A stretch of 64,000 nucleotides of DNA from an uncultured Dehalococcoidia bacterium (GCA_958295715.1 OY282371.1:1471697-1535696), one strand, 5' to 3'. Positions 1 through 9,538 are shown, counted from the first letter of the stretch. Notes: generated by a model not told the origin, from the letters alone. A program made the numbers and translations.

Positions 1-555
1 GCCTTGGGCGTCAAGGGCAATGCCCCAGGGTCTCGTAAGCTGCCCCTCCCCGTTGCCGGGGGAGCCGAAGGCGGCCAGGGGCTTCCCATCCTGGGTGAAC
101 TTCTGGACGCGGTGGTTGAGGTTCTCGGTGACGTAGAGGTTGTCCTCGCTATCGAAGGCCAGCCCGGCGGGGCCGTTTAGCTGGCCCGGGGCCGCGCCTG
201 GGACGCCCCACTTTTCCAGGAAATTCCCGTCCTTGTCATAGATGGTGACGCGGTTGAGCCACTCGTCGGCCAGGTACAAGCGGCCCTGGCTGTCGATGGC
301 TAGGGCCGTGGCCCAAACGAAGGCGCCGTCCTCCTCACCGGGGCCGCCGAACTCCTTCACGAACTCCTCATCCGCGGTCAAGAGGGTGACGCGCTGACAC
401 GGCTCGGCCTCTGAGCCGCGGCTGAGAACGTAGATGTCGTCGTTCTCGCCAAAGGCCAGGTCCACGGGATTTCTGAATCCGGCCCCGCCGGGGGAGCCTT
501 TGCCGATGGCGTGGCTGTAGTTGAAGGTGCGGCCTTTGACCGTGACCGTCTGCAT
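1..555 (-). CDS. NHL-repeat beta-propeller protein (3' end runs off the window)
   Basis: Reverse-strand ATG at 555 with GGGAG about 9 nt upstream. My translation is MQTVTVKGRTFNYSHAIGKGSPGGAGFRNPVDLAFGENDDIYVL... with repeated G.F..P.G.A.D..G..YV.D..N.R.Q.F units typical of NHL repeats. Absent from the ORF track because the window edge cuts it. Confidence 0.6.
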   Translation of the reverse strand, partial: MQTVTVKGRTFNYSHAIGKGSPGGAGFRNPVDLAFGENDDIYVLSRGSEAEPCQRVTLLTADEEFVKEFGGPGEEDGAFVWATALAIDSQGRLYLADEWLNRVTIYDKDGNFLEKWGVPGAAPGQLNGPAGLAFDSEDNLYVTENLNHRVQKFTQDGKPLAAFGSPGNGEGQLTRPWGIALDAQG

Positions 556-605
556 GGCTCTAAGCTCCCGGTTCAGGACTGGGCGCGCGGCGAATGGCGG
601 CCGCC

Positions 606-2018
606 CTATCCAAATTGGTACTCCCTGGTGGAGGCGATTATCTGCATGGCGCCGGTGACCCTGGCGGCGAAGGCCTCCGACCCGTTGCCGGCGTCATGGG
701 GGGTGGCGGGGCCGCCCTTGGAGACGTGGGCCACCAGTTCGCGGCGGGTGTCGCCGGTCACCCTGACGGGTCCCATCAGGTCGAGGCAGCCGTCCACCAG
801 TTCGCCGGCGTCAAGGTCGCCCCTTGAGGCCAGCTTGTTGATGATTGACTGGACCCCGGGCAGGGAGGCGTCCACAACGCGGTCCGCGACGAAGTTGATG
901 CGGCGGAGCAGGGAGCCGCTGTCTATCCACTCGCCCCCGGTGTGCCAGCCCTCAACGCTGGGCGGATCCAGCAGCGACTGGCCCTGGTAGTTGCACTCTA
1001 CGGCCAGATCGGTGATTCCGGGCTTGGGGAAGCGGTAGTCGCCCAGAAGCCGCATGGCGCCGGTGATAAGCTCGGCGGGGCTCTTCACCTTGGCGAACCA
1101 CACGTCTTCGCTCTTGAAGAAGTCGGAGTTGAAGAGGGTCCTGAGGGTGGACTTGACGTCGTATCCGGAGGTGATGAAGGCGTCGCCGATTATGTTAACG
1201 GCGGCGGGGTCTCGCGGGGCCACGTCCTGCCAACTGGGCACCTGGACCTCGTCGGCCACGAAGAAGTTGTACAGGTGGCGGGCAATGAACCGGGCGGTGG
1301 CGGGTTGGCGGATAACGATGTCTATGATGTCCTCGCCGTTGAAGCGGCCCGTGTGCCCCAAAAAGACCTTCTCGCCATCGTCATGGTCGTGGGGGCGGTA
1401 CTCGAACTCCCAGGGGAAGCGGCCGTAGGGATTTCTGGGCAGCTTGCCGGAGATGGTCCAACCGGTGAAGGCGCGGGCGCACTCCAAAACATCCTGCTCG
1501 GTGTAGTTGCCCTGGCCCATGGAGAACAGTTCCAGGAGCTCCCGGCCCCAGTTTTCGTTGGGGGCGCCCTTGTGGTTTTCGTTGTTGTCCAGCCAGAAGA
1601 TCATGGCCGGGTCTTTGGATAGCTCAACGAGAATCCGGCGGTAGTTTCCCAACCCGTTACGGCGGAACATGTCTATTTGGGCGAGCATCTGGTTGCCGTT
1701 GTCCACCTTGGAGTATCCGGTGGCGAAGAGGTGGTGCCAGAAGAGGACCATCTTCTCCTCCAAGGGACGGGGGGTGTTTATCATGCGGTACATCCAGTTG
1801 GCCTGCATGTTGAGGGGGTTGCCGGGGTTCTTGAACCCGTGGAAGTGCCGGAATAGGATGCCCTCGTGGAAGGGCGGGACGCCGTGGGCTTCGGGGTCCA
1901 GGAGTTCCTCCACGGTGGCTTCGTAGCCCTTGGCGGCGTGGGACTCCAACTCCTCCCGCGAGGCGCCAAAGCCCGCGCGTCGCATGAGGTGGGCCATCAA
2001 CCCGATGTCTTTATCCAT
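606..2018 (-). CDS. DUF1800 family protein
   Basis: The N-terminus, IGLMAHLMRRAGFGASREELE, is the DUF1800 signature. I chose the ATG at 2018 (MDKDIG...) because AAGGAG lies 6 nt upstream. The track ORF starts 9 codons earlier at 2045. Confidence 0.75.
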   Translation of the reverse strand: MDKDIGLMAHLMRRAGFGASREELESHAAKGYEATVEELLDPEAHGVPPFHEGILFRHFHGFKNPGNPLNMQANWMYRMINTPRPLEEKMVLFWHHLFATGYSKVDNGNQMLAQIDMFRRNGLGNYRRILVELSKDPAMIFWLDNNENHKGAPNENWGRELLELFSMGQGNYTEQDVLECARAFTGWTISGKLPRNPYGRFPWEFEYRPHDHDDGEKVFLGHTGRFNGEDIIDIVIRQPATARFIARHLYNFFVADEVQVPSWQDVAPRDPAAVNIIGDAFITSGYDVKSTLRTLFNSDFFKSEDVWFAKVKSPAELITGAMRLLGDYRFPKPGITDLAVECNYQGQSLLDPPSVEGWHTGGEWIDSGSLLRRINFVADRVVDASLPGVQSIINKLASRGDLDAGELVDGCLDLMGPVRVTGDTRRELVAHVSKGGPATPHDAGNGSEAFAARVTGAMQIIASTREYQFG

Positions 2019-2174
2019 GTCACGCTCCTTCGGTTCCGGGTTCACCGGCGGCCCCTACGCCCCCGGCCCTCGGCGGGATGCCCTCTATTGTATGTCTTTC
2101 TTACTCCGATGGCTACATGGCGCGGGCCAGGGGGGAGGGGGGAGGCCTCGCCGCCATTCGCCGCCCGCCCCTCC

Positions 2175-2560
2175 TGCTCCGTCATTCCCGTTTTTCCTTC
2201 TCGTCATTCCCGCGCAGGCGGGAATCCATCCCCTCTTAACGTTGCGCCGGGTCAACCGCGCCACGGCGCGCCCATTTCCGTCATCCGCCCTCTTATCTGT
2301 CATTCCCGCGCAGGCGGGAATCCATCCCCTCTTGACGTTGCGCCGGGCCAACCGCGCCACGGCGCGCCCATTTTTGTCATTCCCGCGCAGGCGGGAATCC
2401 AGGAAGGCCACGACGCAGAACCAACGCTCCAAACTCCGGCGTCACACGTAGGTGCGCCCCTCACGCGGGTCTGCCCTTAACGGGACCGCCTCTTACCTCA
2501 CGGAGCGCCGTTGCTCTGTCGCAACGAAAGTAAGAAAGATGGATTCCCGCCTTCGCGGGA
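2175..2560. repeat. Cluster of REP-like hairpin repeats (core GTCATTCCCGCGCAGGCGGGAAT)
   Basis: Full cores start near 2203, 2299 and 2376, each with a shared flank (GGAATCCATCCCCTCTT.ACGTTGCGCCGGG.CAACCGCGCCACGGCGCGCCCATTT). The last copy (2541-2560) is cut off by the IS110 insertion. Confidence 0.9.
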
Positions 2561-2586
2561 GTATCCCTGTTAGAAGTCAAGGGGGG

Positions 2587-3528
2587 TTAGGTGGTTGAGG
2601 AGCGCTGTTCCGTCCAGGGGGCGCCCCGCCGGGCCACCGCGTTGAGTTGCAGCAGCAGCTTGCGCATGGCCGCCACTATGGCCACCTTGCCCGGCTTACC
2701 CCCTCGCTTCAGACGCTCGTAGAACCTCTTCAGTTCCCCCTCCCACCGGACCCCCGACAGCGCGGCCATGTACAGGGCCCGGCGCACCCACCAACGCCCC
2801 CCACGGATGCTCCGCCGCCCCTGCTGTCGCCCACTGTCCCGGGACCAGGGGGCCAGCCCCACCAGGGAGGTCAGGGCCCGCCCGTTTATCACTCCCAACT
2901 CCGGCAGGTGGGCTATCAGGACGCAGGCCGTCAGTTCTCCCACCCCACGCACGCTCTGATACAGGGCCGCCCGCTCCCCCAGACTGGCGTGGCTCGAAAG
3001 CATCCTGCCCCGCTCCCGGTCCAGTTCAGTTATCTCCTCCTCCAGCCATCCAATGTGCCGCCTCACCGACCTCTTCATCCTCTCGTTCAGCCCCTTCTCC
3101 AGCCGGTTCCGTTCCTGCACCCTCTGTTCCACCAACTGCCGGCGGCGGACCATCAGCTCTTTCAAGGCCTCAGTCTCCTCATCCAGCCCGCCGGCGCCGG
3201 TCAACTCAAAGGCCATCCCATACCGGCTCAACACCTTGGCGTCGAGTCCGTCGGTCTTGGCCTCCTTCCCCAAGGCTCGCGCCAAGGCCCGCACCCGGTT
3301 GGGGTGGGCCACTTCCACCTCCACGCCACCCTTCCTCAGCCCTTTCACCATCCCGCGCTCGTATCCACCGGTGGCCTCGCAGACCGCCCGGGAGCATTCC
3401 TGGGTCCTCAGCCATTCCAGCAGTTCCTCCATCCCCTCCGGGGTGTTGGCGAATCCCTTCACCGCCCCCTCGCACACCGACACCGCCAATTCCCTCTTGC
3501 TCACGTCTATTCCCGCCGCCACTCTCAT
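2587..3528 (-). CDS. IS110 family transposase (DEDD-type recombinase)
   Basis: 313 aa. The N-terminus, MRVAAGIDVSKRELAVSV, and the C-terminal block, LTSLVGLAPWSRDSGRQQGRRSIRGGR...RRALYMAA, are typical of IS110/IS116/IS902 transposases. Confidence 0.9.
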   Translation of the reverse strand: MRVAAGIDVSKRELAVSVCEGAVKGFANTPEGMEELLEWLRTQECSRAVCEATGGYERGMVKGLRKGGVEVEVAHPNRVRALARALGKEAKTDGLDAKVLSRYGMAFELTGAGGLDEETEALKELMVRRRQLVEQRVQERNRLEKGLNERMKRSVRRHIGWLEEEITELDRERGRMLSSHASLGERAALYQSVRGVGELTACVLIAHLPELGVINGRALTSLVGLAPWSRDSGRQQGRRSIRGGRWWVRRALYMAALSGVRWEGELKRFYERLKRGGKPGKVAIVAAMRKLLLQLNAVARRGAPWTEQRSSTT

Positions 3529-3750
3529 CTCCCGGCCTCCTCTGCTATACTGTCGTCGCCCTCCGCACTTGCAAATGCGGGCCTCTACGCCCGTGTATCC
3601 CTTCGGAGCGGCTTGACGATGGCGCGGGGGGTGTCTTACTCCCGCACGGCGCAGCGGAACCTCAGGGGACCGCTCGCCCTATGACGGCCGACGCGCCCCC
3701 CGCGCCAGTCTTGTAGATTGGCCTCCCTACAAGACTTTTTCAACATACAA
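3529..3750 (-). ncRNA. Candidate IS110 bridge/guide RNA region (5' non-coding end of the IS)
   Basis: 222 nt of non-coding DNA lie between the transposase start and the IS end, where IS110-group elements encode their bridge RNA. It contains ATGACGG (3681-3687) and CGCGGG (3623-3628), which match the sequences immediately flanking the insertion point. It also has a 9-bp hairpin, GTCTTGTAG/CTACAAGAC, at 3709-3736. This is an inference only. Confidence 0.25.
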
Positions 3751-4030
3751 ATGACGGATAGGGGGCGGGAATGCGGATGGGGTGGGCAGAAGCCCCCAAC
3801 GCAGAATCAACGCTCCTCAAAACTAAAGTGGGCGCACGCGCCCTTCCCGCCTGCGCGGGAATGACGGGAGGGGGGCGCGCATCCCGCAGGGGGCGGCTGG
3901 CGCGCCCGCCGGAGATGGCGCGCGGCTGAGGGGAGGCGTCTATGTGGGGCTGGTTTTGCCGTGCGGCCTTCCTGGATTCCCGCCTACGCGGGAATGACGG
4001 GAAGGAAAAACGGGAATGACGGATAAGAGA
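3751..4030. repeat. Cluster of REP-like hairpin repeats
   Basis: Cores at about 3844-3866 and 3974-4000, plus half copies. The flank modules AGAATCAACGCTC and GGGCGCACGCGCCC are also present. Confidence 0.9.
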
Positions 4031-4151
4031 GCGGGTGGCTGGCGCATGAAGGGCAGGCGGCGGCGGGTGGGCGGGATGAGACCCCTCCCCGCATTTGCTA
4101 CGAGACGCCCCTGCCCTTACACTAGGGCCACCAAGCAAGAGGAGGTATCCC

Positions 4152-5798
4152 ATGCGCGGCAACACCGCTTTGGCCAACGTCCTGCGAATCGAAGGCGCCG
4201 AGTACCTCTTCTGCTACCCGGCCAACCCCCTCATAGAGGCCGCCGCCATCGCGGGCATACGGCCCATAATGTCCAGGACCGAGCGGACCACCGTCAACAT
4301 GGCCGACGGATACGCCCGGGTGTCCAACGGGCGGCGTCCCGCCGTGGTGGTCACCCAGTCCGGCCCCGGCATTGAGAACGCCTACGGCGGCGTGGCCCAC
4401 GCCTACGCCGAGTCGACGCCCATCCTCGTCCTGCCCGGCGGCCCGGCCAGGGACAAGACCTTCCAACCCCCCAACTTCCCCGCCGTGGAGGCGTACCGCA
4501 GCGTCGTAAAGTGGGGCGCCCAGATAAATTCGGCCTCCCGCGTCCCGGAGATGATGCGCCGCGCCTACACCTTCCTGCGCTCCGGCAGGCCGGGGCCCGT
4601 CATGCTGGAGGTCCCCGCCGACGTGGGGGAGGAGGAGATATCGGAGGAGGCCTTCGACTACAGGCCGGTGAAGGGCCTTAGGAGCGCCGGCGACCCCGAC
4701 GACGTGGCCGCCGCCGTGCGGGCCCTGCTGGCCGCCAAGCGCCCCGTGATATACGCCGGCCAGGGTGTCCTCTGGGCCGAGGCCTCCGCGGAGCTGCGCG
4801 AGTTCGCCGAGCTTGCCAACGCCCCCGTTATGACCACCAACACCGGCAAGAGCGCCTTCCCCGAAACCCACCCCCTGTCCCTGGGCGTCGGCGCCAACAC
4901 CATGACCAAACCCGTCAGCCACTTCCTGGGCCGGGCCGACCTGGTCTTTGGCGTCGGATGCAGCTTCACCACCAACCTGGCCTCCGTGGGGATACCGGTT
5001 GGAAAGACCTTGGTCCAGTGCGTAGTGGACGCCCGCGACCTCAACAAGGAGCAGCAGATACACCACGCCGTTACCGGCGACGCCCGCCTCACGCTGGCCC
5101 AGCTAATTGAAGAGCTCCGCAGGCAGGCGGGGAGCGATGGCCGGAAGGGGGAGGGCGGCGTGGCCGACGAGGTCCGCCGCGTGAAGGACGAGTGGCTGGA
5201 GGAGTGGATGCCCCTCCTGACCTCCGACGAGGTCCCCATCAATCCCTACCGGGTCATCCGGGAGTTGATGAACGCCCTCGACCCGGCTGAGACCATAGTC
5301 ACCCACGACTCTGGGCACCCCCGCGACCAGACCATCCCCTTCTACCAGGCCGTAACGCCCCGCGGGTATCTGGGCTGGGGAAACTCCAGCCAACTGGGGT
5401 ACTCCATGGGCCTAAGCATGGGGGCCAAGCTGGCCGCGCCGGACAAGACGGTGGTCGCCATCATGGGCGACGCGGCCATCGGCATGGCGGGAATGGACAT
5501 TGAAACCGCCGCGCGGCTGAACATCCCCATCCTCCTCATCGTGCTAAACAACCACGTGCTCAGCGGCTACTCCAAGAACTACCCGGTGGCCGCCGAGCGC
5601 TTCGGCTTCACCAACCTGTACGGCGACTACGCCGACCTGGCCAAGGCCCTCGGCGCCCACGGTGAGCGCGTCGCAGACCCCAAAGATATTGGGCCGGCCA
5701 TAGGCCGCGCCAGGGAGGCCATGAAGTCGGGCCACCCCGCGCTGCTGGAGTTTATGACCAAGGAGGAAAACTCCCTCTCCCGGTATCCCCTCGGCTAG
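4152..5798 (+). CDS. Thiamine-diphosphate-dependent enzyme (acetolactate synthase large-subunit-like family)
   Basis: ThDP-binding motif GDAAIGMAGMDIETAARLNIPILLIVLNN, and an N-terminus typical of the pyrimidine-binding domain. AGGAGG lies 8 nt before the ATG at 4152. The track start at 4095 lies in the repeat region. Confidence 0.8.
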   Translation: MRGNTALANVLRIEGAEYLFCYPANPLIEAAAIAGIRPIMSRTERTTVNMADGYARVSNGRRPAVVVTQSGPGIENAYGGVAHAYAESTPILVLPGGPARDKTFQPPNFPAVEAYRSVVKWGAQINSASRVPEMMRRAYTFLRSGRPGPVMLEVPADVGEEEISEEAFDYRPVKGLRSAGDPDDVAAAVRALLAAKRPVIYAGQGVLWAEASAELREFAELANAPVMTTNTGKSAFPETHPLSLGVGANTMTKPVSHFLGRADLVFGVGCSFTTNLASVGIPVGKTLVQCVVDARDLNKEQQIHHAVTGDARLTLAQLIEELRRQAGSDGRKGEGGVADEVRRVKDEWLEEWMPLLTSDEVPINPYRVIRELMNALDPAETIVTHDSGHPRDQTIPFYQAVTPRGYLGWGNSSQLGYSMGLSMGAKLAAPDKTVVAIMGDAAIGMAGMDIETAARLNIPILLIVLNNHVLSGYSKNYPVAAERFGFTNLYGDYADLAKALGAHGERVADPKDIGPAIGRAREAMKSGHPALLEFMTKEENSLSRYPLG

Positions 5799-5819
5799 AC
5801 CTTACGGAGGCGGCTAACC

Positions 5820-7226
5820 ATGACCAACCAAGAATCGCGGCAGGCGGATCTCCTCATAGAGGGTGGAATCGTCATCACCATGGACGATGAGCGGCGCGTC
5901 CACGACCCCGGCTTCGTGGCCGTCAGCCAGGGCAAGATAGCGGGCGTCGGGAGCGGAGTCCCTCACGGCTGGACGGCCGGGGAGCGGATGGACGCTTCCA
6001 ACATGATAGTCATGCCCGGCGTCGTCAACGCCCACGACCACCTGGACCAGTCCCTCTACCGCAGCTGCCTCGACCGCAGGGACGACTCGCGGGACAAGCT
6101 GCTTCAGATGGCCCGCGGCCTCACCCGCGAGCGCGCCCGGACCGCAGCGTCCCTCACCCTGCTGGAACTGCTGCGCTACGGGGTCACCACCACCCAGGAG
6201 AACCACTGGACCCACTACCACCCCGACTCCACCGACGGGATATGCGAGGCCGTCCAGCAGTCGGGGATGCGCGCCGTGGTGTCCAGGGGAATCAGCGACG
6301 AACCCCGCTACACCCCCACCGACTTTGTGGAGCGGACCCAGGACGTTCTTGACGACTTGGACAGGTTGGAGCGGGAATACGACTCTGACCGCATTATCAT
6401 CACCTCCGAGCCGACGACCATCGTCAGGTGCAAGCCGGAGACCGTCGTGGCCATGCGCGACTGGGCGTTGAAGCGAAACAAGATGTGGCACATTCACCTG
6501 GCCCAGACCCGCGACGAGTTGGCCGAGGCCATGGAGAAGGTGGGCATGGGCAGCGTTCAGTACGCCCAACGCCTGGGCGTTCTGGGGCCTGAGATGCTGG
6601 CCGTCCATTGCAGCGGCCTCCTAGATGAGGAGGTGGAGCTTCTGGGTGGATATCAGGTCCGGGTCGCTCACTGCCCGCTAACGGTCATGCGCGGGGGCAA
6701 CACGGTTCCACCCATCTGGGAACTTGAGCGGCTGGGCGCGCTGGTGGCCGTGGGCACCGACGGCTCTGCCACCAACAACGGCCAAAACCCGTGGGAGGCC
6801 ATGAAGATGGCCGTGTACATGCAGCGGGTGCGCTTTCAAGACCGCCACTTGGGAACGGCGGAAATGGCCTTGGAGTTGGCCACCGTCAAGGCCGCCGCCG
6901 CCCTGGACCTGGGCCACCGGGTGGGGTCGCTGGAGGTGGGGAAGGAGGCCGACGTGGCCATGTTCCGGAGGAACCAGCCCCACCTGCTCCCCGGCGCCCG
7001 GCTCATAAACAACCTGGTCTACTCCGGCCTGAACAACATGGCCGACACGGTCCTGGTGGGCGGGAAGGCCCTCCTGCGCGACGGGATAAGCGTCACGATT
7101 GACGAGGACGAGGTGGCCGCCAAGGCCCGCGAGCATCAGAGGGCCATGATTAAGGAGGCCCACCTGGAGGGGGACATCGCCCTCAGCCCCTCCTGGCCGC
7201 GCCGCCCCACCTCCCCAACGCCCTAA
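5820..7226 (+). CDS. Amidohydrolase (chlorohydrolase/aminohydrolase-type metal-dependent hydrolase)
   Basis: HxH metal motif in MPGVVNAHDHL. Later HIH and GTDG motifs fit the amidohydrolase_1 layout. GGAGG upstream. Confidence 0.8.
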   Translation: MTNQESRQADLLIEGGIVITMDDERRVHDPGFVAVSQGKIAGVGSGVPHGWTAGERMDASNMIVMPGVVNAHDHLDQSLYRSCLDRRDDSRDKLLQMARGLTRERARTAASLTLLELLRYGVTTTQENHWTHYHPDSTDGICEAVQQSGMRAVVSRGISDEPRYTPTDFVERTQDVLDDLDRLEREYDSDRIIITSEPTTIVRCKPETVVAMRDWALKRNKMWHIHLAQTRDELAEAMEKVGMGSVQYAQRLGVLGPEMLAVHCSGLLDEEVELLGGYQVRVAHCPLTVMRGGNTVPPIWELERLGALVAVGTDGSATNNGQNPWEAMKMAVYMQRVRFQDRHLGTAEMALELATVKAAAALDLGHRVGSLEVGKEADVAMFRRNQPHLLPGARLINNLVYSGLNNMADTVLVGGKALLRDGISVTIDEDEVAAKAREHQRAMIKEAHLEGDIALSPSWPRRPTSPTP

Positions 7227-7280
7227 GCCCCCCGTCGCGCGTCCCGCGTGTGCCCTCCGGCTCTCCCCCAATTCCGGATG

Positions 7281-8100
7281 GATTCCCGCCCTCCCCATCC
7301 GTCATTCCCGCGCAGGCGGGAAGGGCGCGTGCGCCCACTTAAGTTTTGAGGGGCGTCGGCTCTGCGCGTTAGGTGTCCGTCATCCGCCGCCGGGTTACCC
7401 CACCCATCGCGCGCCCCCCCATCCGTCATTCCCGCGCAGGCGGGAATCCATCTTCGCCGGTTTTCTTCCGGCGCCATGGTTCTACTTTGACAGAACTCCA
7501 GGTTGGAGCGGGGGTAGGCCGAGTGCATGATAGCGACACAGTGGCCGTTTTGGGTTGGGGCCTTCCTGGATTCCCGCCTGCGCGGGAATGACGGAAACTG
7601 GGCGCGGAGATGGCGTGTGGGCGCTCGTCGGCGCGCAGTGGAGGCAAGAGGGGGATGGATTCCCGCCTTCGCGGGAATGACGAGAGAGGGGGCGGTGGCG
7701 CGCCCGCCGGAGATGGCGCGCGGCTGAGGGGAGGCGTCTATGTGGGGCTGGTTTTGCTGCGCGGCCTTCCTGGATTCCCGCCTTCGCGGGAATGACGGAA
7801 GGGGGAGGCAGGAATCGAAGCCCCCAGAGCAGAACCAACGCTCCGCAAAACTAAGTGGGCGCTCGTGCCCTTCCCGCCTGCGCGGGAATGACGGAAAGGG
7901 GGGCGGGACTCCATCCCCCCAGAGCAGAACCAACGCTCCGCAAAACTAAGTGGGCACGCGTGCCCTTCCCGCCTGCGCGGGAATGACGGAACGGGGGACG
8001 GGGCTCCATCCCCCCAGAGCAGAACCAACGCTCCGCAAAACTAAGTGGGCACGCGTGCCCTTCCCGCCTGCGCGGGAATGACGAGAAAGGAGGGCGGGAA
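7281..8100. repeat. Largest REP-like hairpin cluster in the window (about 8 cores, both orientations)
   Basis: Cores near 7300, 7425, 7568, 7656, 7772, 7870, 7965 and 8060. Track ORFs here translate to SFPRRRES / VIPAQAGI / RLRGNDG peptides, which are just the repeat read in different frames. Confidence 0.9.
7821..8100. repeat. Tandem array, 95-bp period, about 2.9 copies
   Basis: Unit: CCCCCAGAGCAGAACCAACGCTCCGCAAAACTAAGTGGGC.C.CGTGCCCTTCCCGCCTGCGCGGGAATGACGG... It starts at 7821, 7916 and 8011. Each unit carries two adjacent hairpins, GGGCACGCGTGCCC and TTCCCGCCTGCGCGGGAA. Confidence 0.9.
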
Positions 8101-8154
8101 TGGCGATTATTCATGGGTATCGCCGCTGGGTCAGGAAGGTATCGCCGCCAGCCC

Positions 8155-9513
8155 CTACCTGACGGCGAGGATGTCGTAGGCCAGGGCCAGCATTATCCGG
8201 GTCCCGCTGATGAGGCTCTTGACGCCGATGGACTCGTTGGTCCCGTGGATGCGGTCCAGCAGCGAGTCGTCGTCGGGGTGGGAGCCGGAGAACCCGTAGG
8301 TCACGGTTCCCATCGGCCGGAGGAAGCGGGAGTCGGTGAACCCCGTCGAGACGGAGGGTATCCAGTTCAGGTCCCCCCTGCCGAGGCTGCGGCTCGTGGC
8401 CCGCTTGATGCGCTCGGCGAAGTCGGTCTCGTAGCTGGAACTGTTGGGCACGGCCATATAGTCGATATCCACCTCCACGCCCTCCAAGCCGGCCAAAATC
8501 TCCTCCAACTGGCCCCTGGCGTAGGCGTCATCCTGGTGGGGCAGGGTCCTGACGTCGCAGGTGACGCGGCACAACTCCGGCACGCTGTTGGACTTGATGC
8601 CGCCGGATATCATGGTGGGGGTCAGGGTCATGCGGGAGAGGGCCCTCAGTATGGAACCAAGCTGCGGGTTGCGCCGCCGTACCTCCTCTATAATGACGTC
8701 CACGTTTTCCGGGGTGGCCGCGTCCTCGATGGCCAGGGTGGAGAGGTAGTTGAAGATGGAGGAGGAGGTGTCGCGCTCCGGCTCATAGGCCTCAATGCGC
8801 TTGAGTATCTCCGCCACCCTGTAGTTCGCGTTCTCCCCCAGCCAGGGGGTGGATGCGTGGGCGCTAGCGCCTTTGATATTAAGCTCCACCTGGAGCCGCC
8901 CCTTCTCGCCGACGCCCAGCAGGTAGGTGGTGGCCCCGGCTATGTCCAGGTGGGAGCCGCCGCCCTCGTTCACGGCCAGAGGCGCCTTTATCTTATCCGG
9001 GTGGCGCTCCGCCAGCCAGCCAAAGCCGTACCTGCCCCCGCTCTCCTCGTCGGCGCCGGAGGCCAGGACCAGGTTGTCGGACAGTTCAACGCCGGCGCGT
9101 CGCAGCAGGCGCATGGCCATCATCTGGCAGGCCAGCAGGCCCTTGCAGTCGGAGGCGCCCCGGCCATAGACGCGGCCATCGTCCACCTCGGCGCCAAAGG
9201 GGGCGTAGTCCCACTTCGACTCGTCCTCGACGGGCACCACGTCCAGGTGGGACATGAGGAGGAGCCTGTTCTCGCCCGACGCCCCGGGCAGACCGGCGAT
9301 GAGGTTCCCGCGCCCCGGGGCCGACTCCACTATCTCCGTGGATATGCCGTCTTGGGCCAGCCACTGGGCGGCGTAGTCGGCCGCCTCGGTCTCGTTGCCC
9401 GTGGGCATCACCCCAGTGTTGACCGAGGGTATGCGTATCAACTCCCGGTGCAGGTTCAGAAGGTCGTCGTAGCAGTCATCAACCTGGCCCAACAACTCGT
9501 CAAGTTCCGGCAT
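8155..9513 (-). CDS. M20 family metallopeptidase (ArgE/DapE/CPG2-like)
   Basis: Motifs MSHLDVVP and GRGASDCKG. The ATG at 9513 has GGGAGG 7 nt upstream; the track start at 9528 is a TTG. Confidence 0.85.
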   Translation of the reverse strand: MPELDELLGQVDDCYDDLLNLHRELIRIPSVNTGVMPTGNETEAADYAAQWLAQDGISTEIVESAPGRGNLIAGLPGASGENRLLLMSHLDVVPVEDESKWDYAPFGAEVDDGRVYGRGASDCKGLLACQMMAMRLLRRAGVELSDNLVLASGADEESGGRYGFGWLAERHPDKIKAPLAVNEGGGSHLDIAGATTYLLGVGEKGRLQVELNIKGASAHASTPWLGENANYRVAEILKRIEAYEPERDTSSSIFNYLSTLAIEDAATPENVDVIIEEVRRRNPQLGSILRALSRMTLTPTMISGGIKSNSVPELCRVTCDVRTLPHQDDAYARGQLEEILAGLEGVEVDIDYMAVPNSSSYETDFAERIKRATSRSLGRGDLNWIPSVSTGFTDSRFLRPMGTVTYGFSGSHPDDDSLLDRIHGTNESIGVKSLISGTRIMLALAYDILAVR

Positions 9514-9538
9514 GGCGTGGCCTCCCAACAGATTGAGG

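Larger units (their letters stand above)
2561..3750 (-). mobile_element. IS110-family insertion sequence (~1.19 kb) inserted inside a REP-like hairpin
   Basis: Joining the left flank GGATTCCCGCCTTCGCGGGA (2541-2560) to the right flank ATGACGGATA (3751-3760) rebuilds an intact repeat. The rebuilt sequence is identical to the copy at 34319-34348 (GGATTCCCGCCTTCGCGGGAATGACGGATA). Element ends are good to about 2 nt. Confidence 0.75.

Noticed and set aside
7223-7933. 236-aa ORF and many 60-140-aa ORFs across repeat clusters (for example 2085-2432, 3740-4177, 16775-17197, 17204-17629, 33615-33968, 34156-34581)
   Set aside because: Their sequences are the hairpin repeat translated in various frames (SFPRRRES, VIPAQAGI(H/Q), RLRGNDG, HSRAGGNP). 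They overlap each other on both strands and are not genes.
7281-8100. CRISPR array interpretation of the repeated palindromes
   Set aside because: Spacing is irregular, copies occur in both orientations, the 'spacers' are themselves repeated modules, and no cas genes are present.
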